Assembly (NCBI GenBank): GCA_021158245.1
Contig: JAGGVB010000195.1
Coordinates: forward strand, 265-64,264
Direction of reading: 5' to 3'
Length of the DNA: 64,000 bases
Source: a bacterium
GTDB lineage: Bacteria; Zhuqueibacterota; QNDG01
A program made the position numbers and the translations under genes. Positions 51,368-61,856 of this stretch are shown in pieces. Position 1 is the stretch's first letter; the number at the start of each line of letters is the position of its first letter. Under the pieces are notes generated by a model. That model ran no database searches, was not told where the DNA came from, and was given only the letters and a program-made list of their open reading frames with translations.

Positions 51368-52672
51368 ATGAATTCTTTGGTACTGAATCTGAAAAGAATA
51401 AAGACACGCTCTGCCGGGTCTTTGATAAAGAGAATTTATTCTATTGAAAGAAGGTATGGTTTTAATAAAAAGAGGTTTAAATCTTATCTTGTTAATTTTA
51501 TTAAAATGACTTCTTCAATGGATATTACGCCTTGTTTCCCTGTGCCGGGTGCTGTAATTTCAAGGAATATGGATTTTTTTAGAGAGATGAATAACCTGGG
51601 GGCGGATTTTGCAGCTCATGGATTTGTACATATTGATTATTCTCTTGTCACCGACGAAGAATTTAAAAGGCATCTGACTGAGATTAAAGAAGTATTTGGA
51701 AGAGCAGGAATTGAGTGCAGAGGTTTTAGGTTCCCGTTTTTCAGAAAGAAGAAGGGATATAAAACCGCTTTGATGAATGCAGGCTTTGATTGGGACAGCA
51801 GTGAGGTGGTTTCGTTTCCGATAAATGATGGGTTTTCTAAAAAATCAAAAATGAAAAATTATTACAAAATAAGAGAGACCTACGAACCTTTTGAATACGG
51901 AAAAATCAGGCAGACCCCTGATTTTGACGGGACACTTGTTGAAATTCCGGCTTCAATTCCGGATGATGATATCTTAGTTGAACGCTTTGGAATGAAATCA
52001 GAAGATCCGCGCTGGAGTATCTGGCCGGAAATGCTGAATAAAACAAAAAATGACGGAGGGCTTCTTGTTGTACAGGCACACCCTGAACGCTACAATGAGT
52101 TCAGTATTCCGCTTAAAAATCTGATAGAAGAAGCGAAAAGCTGTAATGATATCTGGATTACTTCCATGAATAATCTGTCGGATTGGTGGACAGAGAGAAG
52201 CGGATTTAAAGTATCTGTAAAAAAGGAGGGGGAATTAAAATACAGGGTAAATGTTAAAGGAAGCCAGAAACTAACTGTTCTTGTGAAAAATGTGATAAAG
52301 AAAAAAGAAGATGATTTGCAGTATTCTGAATACAGCAAAATAAAAGAGAGGTCGTTTGTTATTGACTGTATTAAGAAGCCGGTAATAGGCATTTCCCGTT
52401 CAGCAGGCAAGGAGATAAAAAGATTCCTTACAAATGAAGGCTTTGTATGGGAAGAAGCTGAAGAAGGGTCAAATTTCAGCCTTTTTATAAAAGGGGACAG
52501 AGAGCTCGGAGAGAGGTTAAAGCTTAAGGTTTTAAATGATATTGAAAAATGTCCATACCAGTTAATTAGAATATGGAGATGGCCTGGAAATAAAAAGTCA
52601 GCTTTTATATTAACCGGTGACATTGACGGTGTAACTCAGTGGGATATATGGATGAGAAATTATGGAAAATGA
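51368..52672 (+). CDS. Polysaccharide deacetylase-like protein (apparent circular permutation)
   Basis: AAHGFVH metal motif, GFRFPF, WDSS, QAHPE; LTGDID strand lies at the C-terminus. Confidence 0.7.
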   Translation: MNSLVLNLKRIKTRSAGSLIKRIYSIERRYGFNKKRFKSYLVNFIKMTSSMDITPCFPVPGAVISRNMDFFREMNNLGADFAAHGFVHIDYSLVTDEEFKRHLTEIKEVFGRAGIECRGFRFPFFRKKKGYKTALMNAGFDWDSSEVVSFPINDGFSKKSKMKNYYKIRETYEPFEYGKIRQTPDFDGTLVEIPASIPDDDILVERFGMKSEDPRWSIWPEMLNKTKNDGGLLVVQAHPERYNEFSIPLKNLIEEAKSCNDIWITSMNNLSDWWTERSGFKVSVKKEGELKYRVNVKGSQKLTVLVKNVIKKKEDDLQYSEYSKIKERSFVIDCIKKPVIGISRSAGKEIKRFLTNEGFVWEEAEEGSNFSLFIKGDRELGERLKLKVLNDIEKCPYQLIRIWRWPGNKKSAFILTGDIDGVTQWDIWMRNYGK

Positions 52673-54932
52673 AAACAGCAGGACAATTGAGATAGGTGAT
52701 CTGTTCAAACCCATAAAGCGTAATATTGGTATAATAATTATATTTTTTGTTACAATTGTGGGAACAGTTATATTCTTTACTGTTACAGCAGAAAAAGTAT
52801 ACGAAGCATCTGCAGTTCTTTCAATTCAGGAAGCAGTACGAACCCAGAATCAGCTTGTAGAAGTGCCTTCTGTGCTATATCAAAAGTATATTGTTCAAAA
52901 TCAGGTGGCAGTGCTTGAAAGCAGGTCTTTAGCCGGCAGAGTTATTAAAGACCTTATGAATTCGGAATACAGTGACTCTCTTAAAATTCTCGGAAGAATC
53001 AAGAACCGAAGTGCATCAGCGTTTTTCAGAAAAATTTTTAATAAAAGGGCGGGAAAGAGCAGGAAGAATAGCCTGCCGAGTTTTGATAAAAAAATAAGCC
53101 GCTTCAGGAAAGCAACAACTGTTTCTTATGGGCAGGAAACGAATATTATCAAATTAAAAGCGCGTTCAAACGTTCCATGGGAAGCAGCCTTTATTGTAAA
53201 TACGTGGTTAAAAGCGTATCAGGATTATAATAGATCGGATACAAAGGATGAAGTAACACAAACCAGAAATTTTCTCGAGAAGAAATTAAAAGAATATGAA
53301 CGGAAACTTACGCAGTCAGAACAGTCTCTTGCAAAGTATCAGAGAAAAAATAAGGTAGTTTCACTGCCTGATGAATCGAAACAGATTGTAACACAATTGG
53401 CAAATTTCCAATCATCATACAATTCCACAATTACTGAGCTTCAATCTATTAAACAAAAACTTGCATATCTTAACAGCCAGCTTGATGAGAGCAAAAAGAA
53501 CCTTGTTAAAGATATGGCAAATATTTCCAACCCCGTTCTCGGCGAGCTTCAGAAGGATATGGCTGAACTTGTTTCAAAAAGAGCAGCTTTTGAGGCACAA
53601 TTGATAGGTGCAGGTATTGAGCCTTCAACAAATTCAAAAATGAAAGAGATGGACAGCAGGATACAGGGAATAAGGCGGAGAATTATAAAAGAGACAAAAA
53701 AGCTTGTTGAAAACGGGCTTAATAATATGAACCCTCTTGGTAAATCGGAAAACTTGATCACAAAAATTCTGGAGCTTGAGACAGATTATAAGGCCCTGAG
53801 TGCAAAAGCATCATCACAGAAAAAGATAGTGGATACTTATACAGCACAGCTTGAGATGCTGCCCGATAAGAAGCTGCAGCTTGCTAAACTGGAACGTAAT
53901 GTACAGGTAAATAACAAAATTTATTTCATGCTTCGTGAAAAAGCAGAGGAAGCAAGAATAAGGCAGGCCGGGCAGATAAGCATTGCACGTATTGTTGATT
54001 TGGCAAATCCTCCATCCAAACCAGTTAGCCCAAGGCCCATGCTGAATCTGTTTTTTAGTATATTCTTCAGCCTGCTTCTCGGAATTGGCGTTGCATATGC
54101 CAGGGAATATTTCGAAGATTCAGTGAAAGGCCCTGATGATGCAGAGTACCTTGGCATGAAAGTAATCGGAACAATCCCTGTGGCAAAATCAGATAAAAGA
54201 AAATTATTGAGGAAAAAGAAAAACAGGGAATGGGGGATTACACGGGCGAGACAGATTCTTCCCTATTTTCTAATACAACAGGACAGTTATTCTCCTATTG
54301 CCGAATCTTACAAATCTCTGCGCACAAAACTATTTGCTGTTGAAGGAGAAAAAAGGCGTACAATCTTATTAACAAGCCCGGGTCCGGCTGAAGGAAAATC
54401 TACAACTGTGGCAAATCTTGCAATTACGGTTGCTCAAAAAGGTGTTAAAACCCTCCTTGTTGACAGTGATCTTCGGCGGCCTGTTCTTGATATACTGTTT
54501 ATGGGATCTCATAAAAGGCTTGGCCTGGCAAATTATCTTAAAGGTGAGGAGAGCATACAAAAATTAGTCAGGCCTACAACTGTCAGAGGGCTTGATCTTA
54601 TGCCTGCAAGTATGTCAGTTAAAGATGCTGCAGAGCTTTTAAGTTCAAGAAATATGGTGAAATTTATACATGCAGCTCAAAATATGTATGATATGGTTAT
54701 TTTTGACAGCCCTCCGATTCTGCCTGTGAGTGACGCTACCATTCTGTCATCTCTGGTAGACGGAATTATCCTTGTGATGAGGGCTCATAGAACTACTAGA
54801 GATTCAGTAAAGGAATCACTGTCAATTCTGAACAGTGTAGGGGCAAATATCCTCGGCGGCATTATTACCGGAACCGAGAGGAGAAAATATTACAAATATC
54901 ACGGTTACTATAATGGGCCGCATACAAAATAG
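52662..54932 (+). CDS. wzc: Wzc/GumC polysaccharide co-polymerase tyrosine kinase
   Basis: Two TM segments around a coiled-coil periplasmic region; GPAEGKST, DSDLRRP, DSPP; C-terminal Tyr cluster YYKYHGYY. Confidence 0.92.
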   Translation: MENENSRTIEIGDLFKPIKRNIGIIIIFFVTIVGTVIFFTVTAEKVYEASAVLSIQEAVRTQNQLVEVPSVLYQKYIVQNQVAVLESRSLAGRVIKDLMNSEYSDSLKILGRIKNRSASAFFRKIFNKRAGKSRKNSLPSFDKKISRFRKATTVSYGQETNIIKLKARSNVPWEAAFIVNTWLKAYQDYNRSDTKDEVTQTRNFLEKKLKEYERKLTQSEQSLAKYQRKNKVVSLPDESKQIVTQLANFQSSYNSTITELQSIKQKLAYLNSQLDESKKNLVKDMANISNPVLGELQKDMAELVSKRAAFEAQLIGAGIEPSTNSKMKEMDSRIQGIRRRIIKETKKLVENGLNNMNPLGKSENLITKILELETDYKALSAKASSQKKIVDTYTAQLEMLPDKKLQLAKLERNVQVNNKIYFMLREKAEEARIRQAGQISIARIVDLANPPSKPVSPRPMLNLFFSIFFSLLLGIGVAYAREYFEDSVKGPDDAEYLGMKVIGTIPVAKSDKRKLLRKKKNREWGITRARQILPYFLIQQDSYSPIAESYKSLRTKLFAVEGEKRRTILLTSPGPAEGKSTTVANLAITVAQKGVKTLLVDSDLRRPVLDILFMGSHKRLGLANYLKGEESIQKLVRPTTVRGLDLMPASMSVKDAAELLSSRNMVKFIHAAQNMYDMVIFDSPPILPVSDATILSSLVDGIILVMRAHRTTRDSVKESLSILNSVGANILGGIITGTERRKYYKYHGYYNGPHTK

Positions 54933-54957
54933 ATCAGTTAAGGAGTCAGAATATAAA

Positions 54958-56121
54958 ATGGGCCCGGGAGCAATTGTCATTGGAGGACATTTTCAGGGGC
55001 TGGGTGCTGTTCGTGCGTTGGCACGTCAGGGTATAGATGTAGTTGTTATTGATAAGGAACACTGCATATCACGCTTTTCGCGTTACTGCAGTAGATTTTA
55101 CAAGAGCCCGGATGTACTTGATCATAAAAAAATTTATAAATTTCTTGAATCTCTGTCAAATATTAAAGGAATGAAGGGAAGAGTGATTTTCCCGACTGAT
55201 GATGAAACAGTGCATTTCCTTTCAACATATCATACCAGGCTTTCTGATAAATATAGATTAATAACTCCTGATTGGACTATAGTTAAAAATGTCTATAATA
55301 AAAAACTTAGTTATAAGCTTGCATCAAAACTGGATATACCGATACCAGCAAGCTTCTTCCCCGGAAATTTTGAAGAACTTGGTAATCATAACCTGAGATA
55401 TCCGGTAATTATTAAACCTGCGGTTATGAGGCCATTTTTCAAAGTAACAGGTAAGAAAGTTTTTAAGGCTGTCAATGAATCGGAATTAAGGAAAGCCTAC
55501 AAACTTGCAGCAACGATAATTGATCCTGAAGAAATAATAATTCAAGAGCAGATTCCAGAACCGGGGAAGAACCTCTATTCATACTGCCCTGTAATGGACA
55601 GGGGCAGAGTGCTTGCATCAATAACCGCACAGCGCCTTCGCCAGCACCCAATGGATTTCGGCAGAGCTACAACTTTTGCTGAAACAAAAATCGTCAAAGA
55701 ACTGGAGCCCTATGCTGTTAGATTTTTGAAAGCTATAGATTACAGCGGGTTAGCAGAAGTAGAGTTTATATATGATATCAGAGATAATGCATACAAGTTT
55801 CTCGAAGTTAATCCGAGGATATGGGGCTGGCATTCCATTGCTTCAGGTGCAGGGGTTAATCTTCCATACCTTGCTTATAAGCAGGCATTAGGGCGTTATG
55901 TAAGAGCTCATCAATTTAAAACAGGTATAAAATGGTTCAGAGTTATAACTGATGTACCGGTCGGCGCAGTAGAGATAATAAAAGGGAATATGACAGTAAA
56001 AGATTTTATTAATTCATACAGAGGTAGAAAGGAGTTTGCGGTTTTTTCATGGAATGACCCAATACCTTTTTTCGGAGAATTATTGCTTTTACCTTATCTT
56101 TATAAAGTACGGGGGTTCTAA
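54958..56121 (+). CDS. ATP-grasp (carboxylate-amine ligase, D-aspartate-ligase-like) protein
   Basis: GLGAVRALARQG, FPTDDE, YPVIIKP, IQEQIP, RQHPMDFG, EVEF, LEVNPR. Confidence 0.85.
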   Translation: MGPGAIVIGGHFQGLGAVRALARQGIDVVVIDKEHCISRFSRYCSRFYKSPDVLDHKKIYKFLESLSNIKGMKGRVIFPTDDETVHFLSTYHTRLSDKYRLITPDWTIVKNVYNKKLSYKLASKLDIPIPASFFPGNFEELGNHNLRYPVIIKPAVMRPFFKVTGKKVFKAVNESELRKAYKLAATIIDPEEIIIQEQIPEPGKNLYSYCPVMDRGRVLASITAQRLRQHPMDFGRATTFAETKIVKELEPYAVRFLKAIDYSGLAEVEFIYDIRDNAYKFLEVNPRIWGWHSIASGAGVNLPYLAYKQALGRYVRAHQFKTGIKWFRVITDVPVGAVEIIKGNMTVKDFINSYRGRKEFAVFSWNDPIPFFGELLLLPYLYKVRGF

Positions 56122-56122
56122 A

Positions 56123-56926
56123 ATGATTTTTTTACCAATTATTTTCAATATATTTATTTCAATGCTTGTTCTCAGTTTACTATCGATAAAATTGAATATT
56201 GTCAGGCCTGTTGTAATGAGAACAGCAGGTGTAATCGCTGTATTATCATCATTAAGCGCACAGGTAATATACACGGCTCTGTCTGGATTGTCGATTTTAT
56301 ATCTGATTCTACTGGCGATTGTAATATCTTTGGGTATCTCTTTTCTGATAATTATGTTAATGTTTTTCAGAGACCCTGAACGGAATATTCCTATAGAAAA
56401 GGGATTTATCCTTTCCCCTGCAGATGGTACTGTACGCTATGTAAAAGAAATTAAAGAGGGCGAAATTGCTTTTTCAGAAAAAAAAGGGAAAAAATTTCCG
56501 TTAAAGGAAATCACGCATACGGATATTATTAATAACGGTGCTTATGTAGTAGGCATTGAGATGAGTATAATTGATGTTCATGTAAACAGAGCGCCAATTG
56601 CGGGAACTTTGAATCTTATTCACAGTTCTCCCGGGAAATATTTATCTCTTAGGAATATTGATTCGGTTCTTGAAAATGAAAGAGTAACCACTCTTTTTAC
56701 TGGAAAAGATATATCCATTGGTGTTGTGCAGATCGCATCACGTATTGTAAGAAGAATTGTTGTTTACAAAAAATTACATGACAAACTTTCTGCAGGTGAA
56801 AGATTCGGAAGAATTACATTCGGGTCTCAGGTTGATGTTATTATTCCTGATGCTGCAGGCTTGAAGATTAATGTAAAACAGGGTGATTTTGTAAAAGCAG
56901 GTACAAGTGTAATAGCCCAATATTAG
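56123..56926 (+). CDS. psd: Phosphatidylserine decarboxylase-like pyruvoyl enzyme with N-terminal TM segments
   Basis: FFRDPER, SPADG, DVHVNRAP, ENER, VQIASRIVRRI, FGSQVD self-cleavage site. Confidence 0.85.
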   Translation: MIFLPIIFNIFISMLVLSLLSIKLNIVRPVVMRTAGVIAVLSSLSAQVIYTALSGLSILYLILLAIVISLGISFLIIMLMFFRDPERNIPIEKGFILSPADGTVRYVKEIKEGEIAFSEKKGKKFPLKEITHTDIINNGAYVVGIEMSIIDVHVNRAPIAGTLNLIHSSPGKYLSLRNIDSVLENERVTTLFTGKDISIGVVQIASRIVRRIVVYKKLHDKLSAGERFGRITFGSQVDVIIPDAAGLKINVKQGDFVKAGTSVIAQY

Positions 56927-56955
56927 TGCTGAATAAGAAAATCGGGAATTTGTGT

Positions 56956-57720
56956 ATGTCAAAAGAATTAAAAACAGTTATCCTTGCTTATCCGGATAAT
57001 CCGGTAGGGAGTAAATTTATTTCAACATTCATTAAAGGAAATATTTCTGTTTCAGCGGTTATTGTAGAAGAATCAGCAAGATCCTCACTTTTGAAGAGAT
57101 TTAATGACAAGATAAAAAAGGATGGTTTTGCAGGTGCGGTTAAGAGAATAATTGAAGTATTTATTCTTAAATTAATGAAAAAAAGAATTGTTGATTATGT
57201 TGAGAGAGCAGAAATACCTCTTTATTTTGTAAATAAATTTAACAGCACGGAATGTGAAGTGCTTTTAGATGAATTAGGCCCTGATTTGATCATAATTGCT
57301 TCGGCACCAATTTTAAAACCCGAAATATTTTCAAAAGCATCAATAGGATGCATTAACGCTCACCCTGGATGGCTGCCGAGGTATAGGGGTATTGGGGCAA
57401 ACGCATATGCACTTCTTAACGGGGATAAACCCGGGATAACAGTGCATTTCATTGATAAGGGAATTGATACAGGCAGTATAATTATCAGAGAAACGATAAA
57501 CATTAATAAAGGCGATACAATTGCAAGGATTAATGACAGAGCTGTTGCGAGAGGAGCAGAACTGGTTACTCAGGTTATAAAAGATATAAAAGAGGGCAGA
57601 TTGAAAATGTCCGAGATTGATGAACCTGCCGGCCCTGTCTATAAAGCAATGCCGTATAGTCTTGCAAAACAAGTCAATAGGTCACTACGTTCTCAGGGAG
57701 CTAAAAAAAATGGTATATAA
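56956..57720 (+). CDS. Formyltransferase-family protein
   Basis: INAHPGWLPRYRG, TVHFIDKGIDTGSII. Confidence 0.85.
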   Translation: MSKELKTVILAYPDNPVGSKFISTFIKGNISVSAVIVEESARSSLLKRFNDKIKKDGFAGAVKRIIEVFILKLMKKRIVDYVERAEIPLYFVNKFNSTECEVLLDELGPDLIIIASAPILKPEIFSKASIGCINAHPGWLPRYRGIGANAYALLNGDKPGITVHFIDKGIDTGSIIIRETININKGDTIARINDRAVARGAELVTQVIKDIKEGRLKMSEIDEPAGPVYKAMPYSLAKQVNRSLRSQGAKKNGI

Positions 57721-59167
57721 CCGCGTTCTTCTTGTAAGCCCGCCATCTTCAAGCTATCTTGGTGCTGCACGTCCGCCTCAGAATTTGGGATTTCTGGCAC
57801 GTGCATTAATGGATAATGGAATCTGCTATGATGTCCTTGATATGAGGCTTGGTTACTCGTTCAGACATCTTAAGAAAAAAATAGATAAGTTTAAACCTGA
57901 CCTTATAGGTGTGACTCTGGTATCACTTGAATATATTAAATCTTATGACCTTATCAGCAGAATTAAAGAATATGTGCCTGATGTGCCCATAGTAGCAGGA
58001 GGGCCTCATGTTACAGTAGTAAAGAATAAGGTTCTTGAGGAATGCAGGGAAATTGATTACGGAGCAGTGAATGAAGGTGAAGATATCCTTGTAGAACTTT
58101 GTAAAGGTGTTGTCGGTGTTCAAAACATTGCCGGACTTCTCCACAGGGTAGAGGATGAAGTTGTATACAACGGGCCACGGCATTATACTGATGACCTTGA
58201 TGTAATATCGTGGCCCACGTATGAAAAATTTGAATTAAAAAAGTATATAAAAGAGGTGCCTATTAATTCCAGCAGAGGCTGTCCGTATCAGTGTGTTTTT
58301 TGCCCTAACAAAATAATAAGCAAAAGATTCCGGAAACGGAGTGCTTTGAATGTTGTTGACGAAGTAGAATATTGGTATAATAAAGGATATAGAGTATTTA
58401 ATTTTGATGATGATAATTTTACTCTTGATAATCAGCGTGTTTTTGATATTTGTGACGAAATAGAAAAAAGAAATATTGTCAATGCAGAATTTCGATGTTC
58501 AAATGGGATAAGAGCAGACAGGATTACACGTGAACTCCTTGAGAGGATGAAAGAAGTCGGTTTTAATTATATAGCTTTCGGAGTAGACGGCGGCAATAAT
58601 AAAATGCTCAGGATTAATAAAAAAGGTGAAACCATTGAGCAGATAGAAGAAGCGATTAAGAATGCCTGTGAGCTTGATTATGATGTGAAAATATTTGTAA
58701 TTACAGGGATGCCGCAGGAAACAATTGAAGATGTTGAAGATTCCTTCCGAATTGTTCAGAAGTATCCGATAAAAAGGGTCATACTTAATAACCCGATTCC
58801 ATATCCCGGAACCGAACTTTACGAGACTGTGAAGGCGAACAACTGGTTTATTAAACAGCCGGAAGAGTATTTGAATTACGTTACGGAAAATGAGGACATA
58901 CCTGTTTTTGAAACACCTGAAATGTCAAGGGAAGCAAGGCAGAAACTTTTAAAGAGGTGCAGAAGAATAGAGAAACAGGTAACACAAAGAGCAGTTGAAC
59001 GGATGTATGCTCAATATGGAATTTTGGCAAAGCTCGGCGGGTATATTTTTGCATCGCGATTTATGGAGAGAATGTTTTTTCAGAATATTGCATTCCGCAG
59101 GATAATCGAACACATAAGATACAGACGGCTTTTAACAAAGATGGAAGCAATGGAAAGGGCTGCATGA
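57710..59167 (+). CDS. Cobalamin-binding radical SAM protein
   Basis: GGPHVT B12-domain motif; SSRGCPYQCVFC (CxxxCxxC); DDNF; PYPGTELY. Confidence 0.9.
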   Translation: MVYNRVLLVSPPSSSYLGAARPPQNLGFLARALMDNGICYDVLDMRLGYSFRHLKKKIDKFKPDLIGVTLVSLEYIKSYDLISRIKEYVPDVPIVAGGPHVTVVKNKVLEECREIDYGAVNEGEDILVELCKGVVGVQNIAGLLHRVEDEVVYNGPRHYTDDLDVISWPTYEKFELKKYIKEVPINSSRGCPYQCVFCPNKIISKRFRKRSALNVVDEVEYWYNKGYRVFNFDDDNFTLDNQRVFDICDEIEKRNIVNAEFRCSNGIRADRITRELLERMKEVGFNYIAFGVDGGNNKMLRINKKGETIEQIEEAIKNACELDYDVKIFVITGMPQETIEDVEDSFRIVQKYPIKRVILNNPIPYPGTELYETVKANNWFIKQPEEYLNYVTENEDIPVFETPEMSREARQKLLKRCRRIEKQVTQRAVERMYAQYGILAKLGGYIFASRFMERMFFQNIAFRRIIEHIRYRRLLTKMEAMERAA

Positions 59168-60324
59168 AAGTATGTATGATTTCATATTCGGTTTATGAAT
59201 ATGATAACAGAGTCCACCGTTACGGAGAGGCTTTAATTAAGGCAGGTGTTGAACTTGATGTTATCTGCCTGTCTCCCAATTCACAAAGAAGAAAGATAGC
59301 ATACGGGACAGGTGTACATTATCATATTGGGAGCCGTTCATTTACAGAGAAAGGCCCGGTTTCGTACCTGTTAAATTTCATTAAATTTTTCAGTAAAAGT
59401 TTTTTTATGGTTTCATGGTTATATCTGAAGAAAAAATATGATGTTGTACATTATCACAATATTCCGGATTTCGGAGTATTTGCTGCAATTATACCAAAAA
59501 TATTCGGCGCAAAGGTTTTACTTGATATCCATGATATTGTCCCTGAATTTTATATGTGGAAATTTAACCTTGCAGAGAATCATCCCATTGTCAGGTTTCT
59601 GAAATTTGTAGAGAGGCTTTCATGCAGTTTTGCAGATCATGTGATTACGGGAACGCATCTGTGGCGGGAAAAACTTGTAAAAAGGTCTGTTAATAGAAAA
59701 AAGTGTTCTGTTATCATGAATTCTCCTTATCCTCCTCTTTTTGATAAAGCGAAAAATATTAAAAATAAAAACAGACGGTTTACGATGATCTATCCGGGCT
59801 CACTGAACGAACATTTCGGAGTTGATATTGCAGTAAGAGGAGTTGCTTTAATAAGAGAAAAAATTCCGGATGTACTTCTTATAATTTACGGAAGGGGCAG
59901 GCAGGAAGCAATGCTGAAAAAAATTGTTTCAGAGTTGGATATTGCAGATAATGTGCAGTTTAACCAGCCTGTGCCAAGAGAAAAAATTCCGGAGATCATT
60001 GCAGAGTCAGATATAGGTATAGTACCAAAAAGAGGCGGGCCTTTTGCAGATGAGGCGCTGAGCTCCAAACTACTGGAGTTTGTATACATGAATAAACCTG
60101 TTGTTGTTTCAAAAACAACAATTGCTGAGTATTATTTTAATGATTCGATTGTAAGGTTCTTTACACCTGAGAATGTTAAAGCATTCGCAAGCTGTGTTGT
60201 GGATTTGTATCAAAATCCGGCAGAGATGAAAAAACTGTCTGAGAATTGTAAGAAATTTAACGAAACTCATTCATGGGAAATGTATGAGACGGAGTATTTT
60301 AAAATTTTAAATCGGAAGCTATAA
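59164..60324 (+). CDS. Glycosyltransferase family 4
   Basis: YDNRV, HNIPD, DIHD..PE, SSKLLEF (E-x7-E region). Confidence 0.9.
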   Translation: MKVCMISYSVYEYDNRVHRYGEALIKAGVELDVICLSPNSQRRKIAYGTGVHYHIGSRSFTEKGPVSYLLNFIKFFSKSFFMVSWLYLKKKYDVVHYHNIPDFGVFAAIIPKIFGAKVLLDIHDIVPEFYMWKFNLAENHPIVRFLKFVERLSCSFADHVITGTHLWREKLVKRSVNRKKCSVIMNSPYPPLFDKAKNIKNKNRRFTMIYPGSLNEHFGVDIAVRGVALIREKIPDVLLIIYGRGRQEAMLKKIVSELDIADNVQFNQPVPREKIPEIIAESDIGIVPKRGGPFADEALSSKLLEFVYMNKPVVVSKTTIAEYYFNDSIVRFFTPENVKAFASCVVDLYQNPAEMKKLSENCKKFNETHSWEMYETEYFKILNRKL

Positions 60325-61349
60325 TGCAGATAGCTATATTAAAAAAAGAGCAGGATGTTTTATGGAAAGAGTATATTGAGAAAAATCCGGAAACAACATT
60401 CTTTCATAAAATAGAGTGGAGAGATTTAGTTGTAGACCTTTTTGGATTTACTCCATATTATCTTATTGCAACAGATGGTAATGTTTTCAAAGGCGTCCTT
60501 CCGCTTTTTTTGACTCCGCATGGACTTTTCCAGAAGAAGATGGTTTCTGTCCCTTTTGCTGTTGCAGGCGGTGTATGCGGAGATGACCGGGAAACCGAAA
60601 AAGCTCTTATAAAAAAGGCCATTGAACTGACAAAATCTAAGGGAGCTGATTTTCTTGAGCTTCGAAATTTTAATCACAAGCCCGGCAATTTGACACAGAG
60701 TTCTCCATATTTTACATTTATGCTTAAATTGCCGGATGATTCTGAAATTATATGGAAATCCATGCATAATGAGATGCGCAGATGTGTACGAAGAAGCAGA
60801 GAATACGGTATTACCCTGGATTTGGACAATAAAGACATAAAAGGATTTTATTCGATTTATGCAGGGGCACACAGGTTTCTCGGAACGCCTCCTGCAGGTT
60901 TTAAGTGGATATATGAAGTATTTTCCAGATTTCCGGAAAACCACAGAATAGCAAATGCATATATAGACGGGAAAGTAATTGCAACAATACTTGTCAGAGA
61001 GTATAAGGATACTATTGGTGCTGTATTCGGCCATGTTATCCGGGATTACAGGAACATGTATCCTCTGTATCTTCTTTATTGGAGTCTTATTGAAGAAGGA
61101 TGTAAAAAAGGGTTTAAAAAATTTGATTTTGGCAGAAGTATTGAAGAGAGCGGTACTTTTAAGTTTAAAAAAAGATGGGGTGCAGAACCGCATAAACTGA
61201 ACTACCAATACTATAAGTCAAATAATAAAAAGGTCGCGGATACAAGTCAATCCGGTACTGCAAGAAAGAAGTTCGCAGCTGTCTGGAAAAGGCTGCCCCT
61301 TGTTATTGTAAATAAACTTGGGCCGGTTATTAGAGGATATTATCCTTAA
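60324..61349 (+). CDS. FemAB-related GNAT protein
   Basis: TFFHKIEW, GVLPLF, MVSVPFAVAGG, LELRN, FDFGRS..ESGTFKFKKRWGAEP. Confidence 0.88.
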   Translation: MQIAILKKEQDVLWKEYIEKNPETTFFHKIEWRDLVVDLFGFTPYYLIATDGNVFKGVLPLFLTPHGLFQKKMVSVPFAVAGGVCGDDRETEKALIKKAIELTKSKGADFLELRNFNHKPGNLTQSSPYFTFMLKLPDDSEIIWKSMHNEMRRCVRRSREYGITLDLDNKDIKGFYSIYAGAHRFLGTPPAGFKWIYEVFSRFPENHRIANAYIDGKVIATILVREYKDTIGAVFGHVIRDYRNMYPLYLLYWSLIEEGCKKGFKKFDFGRSIEESGTFKFKKRWGAEPHKLNYQYYKSNNKKVADTSQSGTARKKFAAVWKRLPLVIVNKLGPVIRGYYP

Positions 61350-61367
61350 ATCAGGGAGAATATTCAG

Positions 61368-61856
61368 ATGGTTTCAAAATATTCATCTGTTAAACACATT
61401 TACCGTGAGGTACTGCATCTTATCCGAAGGCATGCCATAGGTAATTCTGTGAGAGTAAAATTACTGAAAATGGCTGGTGCCAATGTAGGTAAAAATGTTT
61501 ATATCGGCCAGGAGATGATAGTGTTTGATTCCGGACGTACAGAGCTTCTGACTATAGGAGATAATGTGGGCATAGCACCGTGCTGCATTATTCTCATTCA
61601 CACAGCACCGGGAACTCCCCTTCACGATACAATTTATCCTGTTCAGAGAAAGCCTGTTATAATCGAAGAAGGAGTGTGGATCGGCGCCAGGGTAACAATC
61701 CTCGGTGGAGTGAAAATAGGGAAGAATTCGGCAGTGGCAGCAGGTTCTGTTGTAACAAAAAATGTTCCTCCTTACACTTTAGTGGGAGGTGTCCCTGCTG
61801 TTACTATCAGAAAATTTACAAAACCCGGGCCTGAAGAATCGGGAAAAATTGAATGA
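61368..61856 (+). CDS. Hexapeptide-repeat acyltransferase
   Basis: IGDNVGIAP, IEEGVWIGARVTILGGVKIG..SAVAAGSVVTKNVPP..LVGGVPA. Confidence 0.9.
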   Translation: MVSKYSSVKHIYREVLHLIRRHAIGNSVRVKLLKMAGANVGKNVYIGQEMIVFDSGRTELLTIGDNVGIAPCCIILIHTAPGTPLHDTIYPVQRKPVIIEEGVWIGARVTILGGVKIGKNSAVAAGSVVTKNVPPYTLVGGVPAVTIRKFTKPGPEESGKIE

